Positions 1 to 8,611 of a stretch of 41,891 nt of DNA are shown here, piece by piece. Position 1 is the stretch's first letter. Each line of letters begins with the position of its first letter. Source of the DNA: a virus (taxonomy: Duplodnaviria > Caudoviricetes); the IMG/VR virus record IMGVR_UViG_3300035547_000097, positions 1 through 41,891 of that record. One strand, 5' to 3'. Position numbers and translations under genes: made by a program. The notes beneath the pieces were generated by a model. The model made no database searches. It was given only the letters and a program-made list of their open reading frames with translations, and was not told where the DNA came from.

Positions 1-77
1 GTCTATGGCATCATCAGTATCGCAACTGCCAGAAAGATAACCACCAGTAGCTAATTTTCTTAAAATTTTTTCAAGGT

Positions 78-176
78 TCATTTATCCCTCCAGTTTATAA
101 ACTTATCTGGGCAGAATATCAGCCCTATTACGACTATTACTGCTAAGATTATAAATAATATCTTAAAAATTAACAT
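78..176 (-). CDS. small membrane peptide (32 aa, MLIFKILFIILAVIVVIGLIFCPDK...)
   Basis: Read manually, below the ORF-track cutoff. One hydrophobic segment; its stop overlaps the next ATG at 81. Confidence 0.4.
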   Translation of the reverse strand: MLIFKILFIILAVIVVIGLIFCPDKFINWRDK

Positions 177-182
177 AAGATT

Positions 183-338
183 TTACGCTATACATACTAT
201 TATAATTCCAAGAATTAAACGAATCCATCTTATTGAATGACACCTTAAAAAAGATTCTCCTTTGCCTTGATAAAGAATTAGAGAATATAGTGCGTCCGAA
301 CAAATCCACGTTCCAGCTATTGTAAGTAGTTTAGTCAA
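183..338 (-). CDS. small hydrophobic hypothetical protein (about 51 aa, TTG start)
   Basis: AAGGAG RBS upstream of a TTG; reads MTKLLTIAGTWICSDALYS...LILGIIIVVCIA. Confidence 0.4.
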   Translation of the reverse strand: MTKLLTIAGTWICSDALYSLILYQGKGESFLRCHSIRWIRLILGIIIVCIA

Positions 339-359
339 AGTAATCTCCTTTGTTTTTAG

Positions 360-929
360 TCAACATTCATTTCCCCAGGTATCCCAATTTTTAAACTCAT
401 TGAATAAATTATTCTCTTTTCTGGCAAAAAGTTCTATCTTCTTTTGGGTAGGATATAACTCATCGATCTTCTTTCTAATCTCATTGGGTTTTTTGCTGTG
501 TTTTTGTCTTGGGGATATAATCACCGAAGAAATAGAATTAGTGGCCGGTTTTATTGTTTCTCCCTTGACAGCAAGTAGACATGGTTCAGAATTGCTTTTT
601 GTGTAATATCCTATTCCAAAGAAAGGCTTGCCATTCCTTTTGTTTGTCTTTATCCAGATAAACCCAATTGTTTTGTAAGTAAAACCCCAAGCCTTAATTA
701 CTTTTATCGCTTCAAGAAGGTTCGGCCAAGTAGCCCAAAGAAACAAAACAGCATTTTCTTCAGTGATATTTTTAACCGGTAACTCACATATTTCTTTTGT
801 TTTCATGACTGGATAATGCACCATAGCCCCACCGCAAAGTCTTGTATGTTTATTTCGCTTGTCGTTGTAATGCCAGGGCGGGTCGCTGTAAATTATCTGA
901 TACTTTTTATCTGAAAATGGTTTTGTCAT
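360..929 (-). CDS. MT-A70 family N6-adenine methyltransferase
   Basis: IIYSDPPW catalytic motif, LFLWAT, WGFTYKT, HSKKP and IELFAR, all typical of MT-A70. Confidence 0.9.
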   Translation of the reverse strand: MTKPFSDKKYQIIYSDPPWHYNDKRNKHTRLCGGAMVHYPVMKTKEICELPVKNITEENAVLFLWATWPNLLEAIKVIKAWGFTYKTIGFIWIKTNKRNGKPFFGIGYYTKSNSEPCLLAVKGETIKPATNSISSVIISPRQKHSKKPNEIRKKIDELYPTQKKIELFARKENNLFNEFKNWDTWGNEC

Positions 930-1321
930 TCAACATCCCCATAAAAAACATGGTCTTTATATTCATACACTTTTTCCATACTGTCAGCCCAATAAGGTTT
1001 GCCGAAAGCCTTAATATTTTCCCACATATATCCCGTATGTATGCGATTATCTTTACTTTCCTCCCATGCCCTGGCAGCTAAATCCCAGACACGTTGTGGT
1101 TGATTGTCGACGTGTTTAGCATTCACCCCATAAACGCCGGCTAATGTGCCGCGGTTACGGATACCAACACAAACCGCTAAAAGCCCGTGATAGCCTTGAT
1201 CTGCGGCTTCCCCGATAGCGGCTCTAATACAATTTTCTTTAGTGAAAGGAACTTCCCCGCCTTGTGGATGGGCGGTGGCAGTGATTAGGGTTAATAATAT
1301 TATTAAGGTTATTCGTGTCAT
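926..1321 (-). CDS. SleB-like (Hydrolase_2) cell wall hydrolase with N-terminal signal peptide
   Basis: AAIGEA..QG..GLLAV...IRNR (catalytic Glu region), C-terminal DHVFY, hydrophobic N-terminus. Confidence 0.75.
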   Translation of the reverse strand: MTRITLIILLTLITATAHPQGGEVPFTKENCIRAAIGEAADQGYHGLLAVCVGIRNRGTLAGVYGVNAKHVDNQPQRVWDLAARAWEESKDNRIHTGYMWENIKAFGKPYWADSMEKVYEYKDHVFYGDVE

Positions 1322-1333
1322 ATGTTACTCCTT

Positions 1334-1361
1334 ATTTTATAAGGTTTTAAACTATTGTCAA
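1334..1361 (-). promoter_or_regulatory. sigma70-type promoter for the SleB-like gene
   Basis: Minus strand TTGACA-16 nt-TAAAAT directly upstream of the AAGGAG RBS. Confidence 0.55.
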
Positions 1362-1373
1362 GTATTATTTTGA

Positions 1374-1619
1374 TTATTTTCTAATTAATTCATGTAAAGC
1401 ACTTGTCTGGCGGCAAAGTGCTTGCCTTTCCTTATACGCCGCATCGCAAAACTCATCGGAAAATTGTTTGGGTGTCTGGTATATATCATCAAGAAAATCA
1501 ATTTTCTTTTCTATTATCTGCAAACATTCCCGGTAGAATTTCAAATGATCGCCTTTTGTACCTATAAAAGTATTTGCTAAGTGAATAAAATAATCTTGTT
1601 CTTGTTTTGTGTTAGTCAT
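1374..1619 (-). CDS. hypothetical protein
   Basis: ORF with GGAGG RBS in the early-gene block. Confidence 0.65.
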   Translation of the reverse strand: MTNTKQEQDYFIHLANTFIGTKGDHLKFYRECLQIIEKKIDFLDDIYQTPKQFSDEFCDAAYKERQALCRQTSALHELIRK

Positions 1620-1662
1620 TTTTTAACCTCCTGTTTAATTTTACGCCAGTTACATTGTGCGT

Positions 1663-2007
1663 TTATAATTTCCTACCGTCAAAAATTATATCGCCTGATT
1701 TTACGGTGTCCGGGTTGTGTCTAAATCGTTGTAAAGCAGAGAACGAAGTAAAAGCAATCAAATTTCCCGGTCTGTTGTCTTTGTTATCCCGGTTTAGATG
1801 GACTATCATTTCCCGTGGCAATAGATAGCGGCCAATCTCCTTCTCAACAATAAGCCTATGTTCAAATACATAACCGCCTTTATGGGCGTGGGGGTGATTG
1901 GGTGCAAGAATGAGAATATTTCCATTCTGATGTGTTTTACCCCCTTTCCAATTTGGGTGAAAGGGGCCTTTCGGGAACCCCCCTTCATGCCCTTTTTCAT
2001 AAGTCAT
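1663..2007 (-). CDS. HNH endonuclease-like protein (HNH_3 type)
   Basis: PNWKGG, HPHA..GYVFEHRL and VHLNRDNKDNRPGNL motifs. Confidence 0.75.
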   Translation of the reverse strand: MTYEKGHEGGFPKGPFHPNWKGGKTHQNGNILILAPNHPHAHKGGYVFEHRLIVEKEIGRYLLPREMIVHLNRDNKDNRPGNLIAFTSFSALQRFRHNPDTVKSGDIIFDGRKL

Positions 2008-2009
2008 TT

Positions 2010-2213
2010 CTATCCCTCCCGGTTTCTTAGGTTAATATAAATCGCATACAACTGTTTTTTCCGCATTCGTTTAAATTTTGACACGTCGTGCGGGTATCGC
2101 TTAGCCAGTAAATATACAAGCTCGCTCTTATATATAGGTAAATAAAAATCAGTTTGGCGGTGATAGTGAGTCAAAACGTCTTTTTTATTCATAGATTTTT
2201 TCATCCTCCCCAC
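2010..2213 (-). CDS. hypothetical basic protein
   Basis: ORF in the early block; true start probably near 2204, after GGGAGG. Confidence 0.5.
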   Translation of the reverse strand: MGRMKKSMNKKDVLTHYHRQTDFYLPIYKSELVYLLAKRYPHDVSKFKRMRKKQLYAIYINLRNREG

Positions 2214-2451
2214 CTGCCCGGAGTACTACCCCGGGCGGGCTTGCAACCGGTATTGATCAGTTTATGGTTTTGACTGCCCTTTTATTTAGTAACATTAATT
2301 CTTTTTAAGCTGTCACAAGGCATAAGTTTAATTAGTTTCAATCTTCTTAAAAATCTACAAAAAGGATATAATTTATTAAATCTACTGATCCAAACCGTTC
2401 TTCTTACCACTTTAACCTCCTATATTTAAAATATCAATCCACGCTCCTATT

Positions 2452-2886
2452 TTAGCCCCAAAAGGCCTTATTATATTCCGGCAGCCTACTAATTAAACAC
2501 CCCGCCATAATCCTTTTAATATCAACTAAAGTCTTAAATAAAGGTTCTTCTGGTACCTTGCCTTCACTGCATTGATAAATCAAGCAACATAAACTTTTAT
2601 AAACTTGATAATTATCGGCATACTCAAAGGCATCAAATTTAAAATCCATTGGCCTAAATTTTGCAGCTTCTCCCATTCCATAACGTTGGTTAACAGCTCT
2701 ACAGTTCATTATAAATAAATCTTCTGCAAGTCTTTTGTCTTCTTCTGGTTGTGTTAAATCATAGCCGGATCTTTCAAGCGGTTTCTTTATCATTCCATAA
2801 GTTAAGCCATCATTTTGCCAGCTTTCTTTCTCTAAGAAGTTCACAATCATATTAATGGTTTTGTCTTCAACTATAAAAGCACTCAT
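2452..2886 (-). CDS. hypothetical phage early protein
   Basis: GGAGG RBS and natural-looking composition (MSAFIV..., YQCSEG). Confidence 0.7.
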   Translation of the reverse strand: MSAFIVEDKTINMIVNFLEKESWQNDGLTYGMIKKPLERSGYDLTQPEEDKRLAEDLFIMNCRAVNQRYGMGEAAKFRPMDFKFDAFEYADNYQVYKSLCCLIYQCSEGKVPEEPLFKTLVDIKRIMAGCLISRLPEYNKAFWG

Positions 2887-2900
2887 CTCCTACCTCCTTT

Positions 2901-3203
2901 TTATTTTACCATTTCCCACATGTTATCTAAAAATCGAGCTAGTTTGTAAGGGTCTTTTAATATCACGTCTTTCATTTTTTGTTTGTTAGTTTCATTGATA
3001 GCATTAAAAATTTTCTTTATAACTGATTGAGAAAATCCATCAATAGCTAGGCCTTGCTTAAATAACTCATTTGGGGCAATGTAGAAAAAGCCTCCGGAAG
3101 TTAAGTCATCAATTGTCAAGTCTTCAAATTTTACAACCTTAAAACCGTCGCTTGCTCTTTTAAAAATCTCTAAATCTGTCAATTCTCTAGTTTCCACTTT
3201 CAT
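2901..3203 (-). CDS. hypothetical protein
   Basis: ATG at 3203 follows an AGGAGG RBS; the ORF track begins upstream at 3242. Confidence 0.65.
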   Translation of the reverse strand: MKVETRELTDLEIFKRASDGFKVVKFEDLTIDDLTSGGFFYIAPNELFKQGLAIDGFSQSVIKKIFNAINETNKQKMKDVILKDPYKLARFLDNMWEMVK

Positions 3204-3262
3204 CTTTCTCCCTCCTGTCTGCGCCGGTTCCGGGTATACCACAACCGGCGCGGGTTGATAAA

Positions 3263-3823
3263 TTATTTAGTAAATGCGCAAATAGTGACGTTAACTTTAC
3301 CGCCTAAAGCAGACAACCGGATGGCTTTAGACGGCTTGCTGTCGTCCGCCTGGCGATGTAAAGTCCATTGATCGGCCTCTAGCAAAGTCAACACCTCCAA
3401 AAAATAAATGTTAATATTCGCACCGGTTTCCTTTTTTATGGCTAAAACCGCGCGGGTTAACAGCCGCATAGCATCCTCTTTGTTTTTACCTTTCGGGCGC
3501 TCTAATTGCAACCAGCAGCTAGTTGGCACAGCCGGTGCCATATAGGTAGCAAAATCCGGTGCTGATACACCTTCGGCCGGTTCAACAATAACTTCAATGA
3601 ATGCTCCCGTCGGGCGTCCTATACTAACTAACATGTAAGCGCCAGGCTTTATGTCTTTTGATCCGATCTCATCGCGGTCAACCGCAACTAATATTTTACC
3701 GTTGCTGCTATACAACTTGTCCGATGAGAAGTGCAGCAATGATAGAGCATAGTTCTGCTCTTCATCGGCAAGGCTTGCTTGGATCAATTTCCACTGATCA
3801 CGCTTGAAAAGTACTTTTTCCAT
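3263..3823 (-). CDS. hypothetical first early protein, possibly with a sliding-clamp-like fold
   Basis: AGGAGG RBS before the ATG at 3823; weak resemblance to beta-clamp motifs (see findings). Confidence 0.6.
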   Translation of the reverse strand: MEKVLFKRDQWKLIQASLADEEQNYALSLLHFSSDKLYSSNGKILVAVDRDEIGSKDIKPGAYMLVSIGRPTGAFIEVIVEPAEGVSAPDFATYMAPAVPTSCWLQLERPKGKNKEDAMRLLTRAVLAIKKETGANINIYFLEVLTLLEADQWTLHRQADDSKPSKAIRLSALGGKVNVTICAFTK

Positions 3824-3881
3824 TCTGACCTCCTGTTTGCCCATTTCCGGGCGGTTAATATATTCATCTTTATTTAATGTT

Positions 3882-3909
3882 ATTATACATTATTTCATAG
3901 TGTTGTCAA
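3882..3909 (-). promoter_or_regulatory. leftward early sigma70-type promoter
   Basis: Minus strand TTGACA-16 nt-TATAAT with both hexamers at consensus. Confidence 0.7.
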
Positions 3910-3932
3910 GTATTTTTTACTATTTATTTTTA

Positions 3933-4085
3933 TTTAAAATCTGTATCATCATGATATATAACTTATACTTTATATATATTATAATATATACCATATATGG
4001 TATATATAGGGGTATAGTATGTATAATACGTATACGTGTATATAATGCTATACAGGTTATATATGATGATGATACACATTTTAAA
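3933..4085. repeat. 30-bp inverted repeat bracketing AT-rich palindromes
   Basis: 3933-3962 and 4056-4085 are reverse complements with 2 mismatches; perfect palindromes at 3973-3990 and 3984-4007. Confidence 0.8.
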
Positions 4086-4169
4086 CAATCGCTAATAATC
4101 CGCAGGACTTTATAGCTTGGCGAAACTTAAAATTTTAATTTTCCTGCTTAAATTCTCTTAAATTTTCGT

Positions 4170-4324
4170 CTGCTTGCAATATTACACAACAATACGCAAC
4201 AATTTTGTTTAATATTATTATATAGTATTTTATAATGTTATCGGGTAATCTATACTACTTTATAGCATTTTTCATATGCACCGTTTCAAACTCCCTGCTT
4301 GCAATACTACGCAACAATACGCAA
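4170..4324. repeat. 30-bp direct repeat, two copies
   Basis: CTGCTTGCAATA(T/C)TAC(A/G)CAACAATACGCAA at 4170-4199 and 4295-4324. Confidence 0.85.
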
Positions 4325-4519
4325 TTACTCAAATTTTAGCCCTATGGCGGGGCTGATATGCGGTTACCTGGGAGGCTCCGGGCGAAGATCATATCCACCG
4401 GGCGGGCTACCGGGCTATGTTTTGAAAACTGAACCCACCCCCGGGTCTTTTTTGGGCGGGCGAACCCCAATCGCACACCCACTCGTCCACAAAATAGGAA
4501 TCCTATACTTTTATCTATA

Positions 4520-4690
4520 CCCGCCCAGTACGATACGCTCGCCCGAGTAACCCGCCCAGTATGATACACCCGATTAGCTTACCGCCCATTATGATACACC
4601 CGATTAATTTATCACCCGATTAATTTATCACCTGATTAATTTACCGCCAGAGCAACCCACCCCCGTTTAACTTACCGCCCGATTAGCTTA
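4520..4690. repeat. iteron-like direct repeat cluster
   Basis: CC(C/T)GATTA(GC/AT)TTA at 4569, 4599, 4615, 4631 and 4678, plus three copies of CCGCCCA(G/T)TA(C/T)GATAC. Confidence 0.8.
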
Positions 4691-4733
4691 CTACTCCAAC
4701 AACCCACCCAATCCAAAAAACTAAAATCAATCC

Positions 4734-4762
4734 TTGCTTTTAACCCACTCTTATGGTATAAT
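4734..4762 (+). promoter_or_regulatory. rightward promoter for the packaging operon
   Basis: TTGCTT-17 nt-TATAAT with extended -10 (TGG-TATAAT). Confidence 0.65.
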
Positions 4763-4813
4763 ATTTATTAAAGAATATTATAAACCTTTTTTCTTAAACA
4801 GGAGGAAGACAGA

Positions 4814-5530
4814 ATGGCAAAAACTAAAAAAGCCCAAACCCCCACCGCATCAGCACCCCTACCCTATCTGGTCAAAACAGTTATTACCTTTACCAAAACC
4901 AATGCGGCAGGACAAGAGCAAAAACATAAGGATGCAAACGTTGTATTTGAGTTAGACAAGGCGGGAGCGAAGATGCCATGGTTTGTTTTGCGAAATTATC
5001 TTGTCCCCCGGTACCTTACCGATAAGTATGGGCCAAAGGAAGTCGGCTGGCAGAGAATTTATGAGATTAAGATTATAAAACAAATCAACCGCAACAATCC
5101 TAATGATATTGAAGGCATACCCTTACGTATAATGACTTACGAACAATTAGATTTGTATTGCGCGCGCTGGCAATTAAATGTTCCGGTGTTTGATTTCTAT
5201 TCTGTGGAGAAAGCGAGGGAGATGGTTAAACTGCGCCTGGAGGATGAGAAGGCATATCAAAAACATTATGCTGATTATCTCGAAGGCAAGCAACGCAATT
5301 ACCCTGAACTTGACGGTATCCGCAGACACGAGCGGCCATCGGTGGTAAACAGCGATGAGTTTGATAAGATTGATAACTCAACCCTTAGAACGCCCGCACC
5401 TAATGCCAATGTAAAACCTAATACCACACCCAATGCCAATACTAGAACTAAACTTAATGTAAAACCTAATGTAAAACCAAACATTAATGCTAAAGGTGGC
5501 CAAAATGATGACCCGTTCCAGGACGTCTGA
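4814..5530 (+). CDS. hypothetical protein with Pro/Asn-rich low-complexity tail
   Basis: AGGAGG RBS; first gene of the plus-strand block; NVKP repeats near the C-terminus. Confidence 0.75.
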   Translation: MAKTKKAQTPTASAPLPYLVKTVITFTKTNAAGQEQKHKDANVVFELDKAGAKMPWFVLRNYLVPRYLTDKYGPKEVGWQRIYEIKIIKQINRNNPNDIEGIPLRIMTYEQLDLYCARWQLNVPVFDFYSVEKAREMVKLRLEDEKAYQKHYADYLEGKQRNYPELDGIRRHERPSVVNSDEFDKIDNSTLRTPAPNANVKPNTTPNANTRTKLNVKPNVKPNINAKGGQNDDPFQDV

Positions 5531-5930
5531 AAATCCGTTTACGCCCATGCCGTTAAAACCCGAGACCGATATTGCGCGGCAAATGCCTAAAGTTCATACT
5601 GATGTAAATGAACACGGCGAGATTGTAAGAGTTAAGTATGAATCGGGTGTGCCGGTAGTGGTTGAAAATTTAGGTACCGCCCGGGAATATGTAAAACGGG
5701 TTGTGGAGAAAGCGGCGTTGATGCGGCCGGGTGAAAATTATGAAGAAAGCGAGTTAAGCCACGTCGAGTTGGCGTCTATTAGACTTGCGCATAGAGCATC
5801 CCGGGGCGACCTCGATGCGACTAAAGAGTTACTTGATAGGATTTTAGGGAAGTCTAAACAGTTTAGTGAGAACACTAACATCAATGCGACTTTAGATGAG
5901 GTGTTGAAAAGAATGGATGGTGAGGGATGA
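5505..5930 (+). CDS. terS: putative terminase small subunit
   Basis: Directly upstream of terL with an ATGA overlap; C-terminal GDLDATKELLDRILGK helix. The call is mostly positional. Confidence 0.55.
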   Translation: MMTRSRTSENPFTPMPLKPETDIARQMPKVHTDVNEHGEIVRVKYESGVPVVVENLGTAREYVKRVVEKAALMRPGENYEESELSHVELASIRLAHRASRGDLDATKELLDRILGKSKQFSENTNINATLDEVLKRMDGEG

Positions 5931-7888
5931 ATGCGGCGAGTCAAAAAATAAAGCGTCTTAGGTCTGATTTGCCTTTGTTTGCAAAGACATATTTTAAGAT
6001 TAGGCCGAAATCCGGCGGGGCGCTTGTGCCTTTTGTTTTTAATGAAGCCCAGAGGCGTATCCATAGGTTTATAGAGGATATTAAAAAACAAGGGGAGTTA
6101 GTTCGGATATGTATATGTAAAGGGCGGCAACAAGGCATGTCCAGTTATACCGCCGCCCGTTTTCTTCACAAGGCGGTATTGTTTCCGGGAACGGCGGTTT
6201 TTATTCTTGCCCATCTCTCTGACTCTACTGATTATCTATTTTCAATGGTAAAACGAATGTACTACAATTTACCACCCGCCCTGCAACCGAGTGTATCACG
6301 GTCGAATAGGAAGGAATTAAAATTTGGTGAAATCGACTCAGAGTATGCGTTAGGAACTGCCGGGTCGTCCGGTATTGGGCGAGGGACTAATCCTCATCTT
6401 TTACACTTATCGGAATGCGCTTTTTATCCCAATACGGATGACTTAGCGACGGGGTTGATGCAAGGGGTGGCGACTGACCCCAAGACCGAGATTATTATGG
6501 AGTCTACGGCAAACGGAGTAAATAATATGTTTTATAACCTCTGTATGAAAGGTGTCGACCCCAATGCGATGAGTAGGTATAAAACACTGTTTATACCCTG
6601 GTTTATACAGGACGAATATAGAGAGACGCCGCCCGCTCGTTTTAAACCGACCTCGCGGGAACAGGAGTTAATGGAAATATATGAGTTAAGCCTTGACCAA
6701 ATATATTGGCGTAGGCGTAAACTCGAGGACGAGTATGGCGGGGATGAGTGGAAATTTATTCAGGAATACCCTTGTGTAGATGGTGATGCGAAAGTAATGA
6801 CAGAGAAAGGACTGAAGAAACTACGGGATGTATGTGTAGGGGATAAGACTGTACAAGGGACAGTTAAAGCGGTCATGAACAAGGGGTACAAAGATTGTGT
6901 GAAGATAACGACATCTCAAGGGTACGAAGTAGTATGCACACTCAAACATCTTATCGCCACACCGAATGGTTTTGAAGAAGCGAAGAACATGAAAGACAAA
7001 GCGGTTCTTCTGTCTGACAAACCCTTTGCCGACACAGTAGTTTCCGTGGAGAAGGTCGGAGAGAGAGAAGTTTTTGATTTGAGTGTGCCGGAAACAAATA
7101 CTTTTAATGCAAATGGTATAATCGTACATAATTGTTGCCTCAGTGAGGCCTTTGTTACTAGTGGTAACACCCTGATTAAGGGCGAGGTGTTGGAACAAGC
7201 GCGTAAGACACAGGCCTATCTTGATACTCTCGCGCCTAAGATATTAGGTGTAGACGGGGCGGGAGAGGGCGCTGATGAGACAGCTCTGGTGACCCGCCAG
7301 GGTAGAAGGGTTGTTGGTTACGAGGTATATAAAGACCCGGTTAAGCCTATGCGCCTGGCGGGGATGATAGCAAGGAAAATTGATACGGAAGAGTTGGATA
7401 TGGTATTCTTAGATGTATCTTATGGTTACGGGTGTAGGGATAGGTTAGTAGAGATGGGTTATGGGGCGAAGACTATGGCGATACATTTCGGCTCTGAGCC
7501 TTTAATGCCTGAGTTATATCGAAATAAACGCGCGCAGATGTATGGGTTTATGAAAGATTGGTTTGAGGAGGGTGGTGTTAGTATTCCCGATGAGGACTTA
7601 TTTATACGCGACCTACGTATCATACCGGGGTTTGAGTTAACCACATCGCGTGGTTTACTGTCTTTGCCGGCTAAGGATAAGATAAAAAAAGATAACGACG
7701 GGATTAGCCCTAATATAGCGGACGGGTTAGCGTTGACATTCGCCTTTCCGGTGAGAGCTAAAAATATAAAATCTTCTATATCGGTTGAGAAACCGGATGT
7801 GGTGCGGGCGAGAAGTCCTTTTAAGAGCAGGCGCCTGGCACAAAAATTTGTACAGACAAAAGAACCAAGTGAGTTTTTTATAAAATGA
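5927..7888 (+). CDS. terL: terminase large subunit, intein-containing
   Basis: Walker A KGRQQGMS, Walker B LLHLSE, ESTANG, nuclease motifs GVDGA and SPNIADGLALTF. Confidence 0.93.
   Translation: MNAASQKIKRLRSDLPLFAKTYFKIRPKSGGALVPFVFNEAQRRIHRFIEDIKKQGELVRICICKGRQQGMSSYTAARFLHKAVLFPGTAVFILAHLSDSTDYLFSMVKRMYYNLPPALQPSVSRSNRKELKFGEIDSEYALGTAGSSGIGRGTNPHLLHLSECAFYPNTDDLATGLMQGVATDPKTEIIMESTANGVNNMFYNLCMKGVDPNAMSRYKTLFIPWFIQDEYRETPPARFKPTSREQELMEIYELSLDQIYWRRRKLEDEYGGDEWKFIQEYPCVDGDAKVMTEKGLKKLRDVCVGDKTVQGTVKAVMNKGYKDCVKITTSQGYEVVCTLKHLIATPNGFEEAKNMKDKAVLLSDKPFADTVVSVEKVGEREVFDLSVPETNTFNANGIIVHNCCLSEAFVTSGNTLIKGEVLEQARKTQAYLDTLAPKILGVDGAGEGADETALVTRQGRRVVGYEVYKDPVKPMRLAGMIARKIDTEELDMVFLDVSYGYGCRDRLVEMGYGAKTMAIHFGSEPLMPELYRNKRAQMYGFMKDWFEEGGVSIPDEDLFIRDLRIIPGFELTTSRGLLSLPAKDKIKKDNDGISPNIADGLALTFAFPVRAKNIKSSISVEKPDVVRARSPFKSRRLAQKFVQTKEPSEFFIK
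6773..7132 (+). mobile_element. 120-aa mini-intein with no homing endonuclease
   Basis: Cys1 (CVDGDAKV), block B CTLKH, block F VFDLSV, block G NGIIVHN followed by +1 Cys. Removal restores QEYP-CCLSEAF. Confidence 0.92.
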
Positions 7889-8322
7889 TTATTAGGCGTC
7901 CCGGGTATGATGATATAAAACAGATTACAGATTTAATTAGTGAGTTTTTTAAACAGGATGGAGTCGATTTTAAGTTTAATAGAAAACAATGCGAACAATT
8001 TGTCAGGACATCGGTTGATGATAAGATATCATTTGTGGCCGATAAAGATAAAAAAATAATAGGGATTATAGCCGGGCAGGTTATGGTACCCCCCGGATCA
8101 GATGATAAAGTTTTTCACGAGTTAGTGTGGTTTGTTTTACCGGAGTATAGGAGATACAGTATAAAATTATTTAATAGTATCATACAGTTTTGCCGGATAA
8201 ACGATATAAAATATATGATTTTTAATCATATAACAAATTCAGTTGGTGAGAAAGTTGAACGGTTTTATCAGAAAAAAGGTTTTAAGTTACTTGAACAACA
8301 TTATATAAAAACGATTTCGTAA
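7885..8322 (+). CDS. GNAT-family acetyltransferase-like protein
   Basis: IIRR...DD start, IIGII, WFVLPEYR and RFYQKKGF motifs. Confidence 0.75.
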   Translation: MIIRRPGYDDIKQITDLISEFFKQDGVDFKFNRKQCEQFVRTSVDDKISFVADKDKKIIGIIAGQVMVPPGSDDKVFHELVWFVLPEYRRYSIKLFNSIIQFCRINDIKYMIFNHITNSVGEKVERFYQKKGFKLLEQHYIKTIS

Positions 8323-8336
8323 ACAGGAGGTTTAAT

Positions 8337-8597
8337 ATGGGATGGGCAGTAGCAGCGACAGTTCTTGCGGGAGGATCAGTAGTGACATCAGTGGTATCAG
8401 CTACACAAAAAAGTAAACCGAGCGCACCAAAAATTGAGATACCTGAGCCTACAGATACAGGTAAGGTTACAGAAAATGAGGCAAAGGAAGTATCTAGGAA
8501 ACGTCTATATCGTCTAGGGCTTATTGGTACATCGCCAACCGGGCTTACAGGTTTAGGGCTTAGCAACGAGCCTTTAGCGTCTGCAAGACTTAGATAA
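8337..8597 (+). CDS. small virion-associated hypothetical protein preceding the portal
   Basis: GGAGG RBS; TSPTGL near the C-terminus; position as in podovirus head modules. Confidence 0.65.
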   Translation: MGWAVAATVLAGGSVVTSVVSATQKSKPSAPKIEIPEPTDTGKVTENEAKEVSRKRLYRLGLIGTSPTGLTGLGLSNEPLASARLR

Positions 8598-8611
8598 AAT
8601 AAGGAGGAATA

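Noticed and set aside
2213-3251. GC hairpins at about 2213-2240 and 3221-3251 as terminators or ncRNAs
   Set aside because: Stems of 8-9 bp exist but lack U-tracts in the sense direction and share no motif; they could be processing sites, but this is unsupported.
4520-4690. Possible CRISPR array
   Set aside because: Repeats are 13-17 bp, abutting or irregularly spaced, with no unique spacers and no cas operon.
3804-4955. ORF-track calls in the divergent control region (3804, 4299, 4342, 4734)
   Set aside because: They have no RBS, low-complexity composition, and overlap promoters and repeats.
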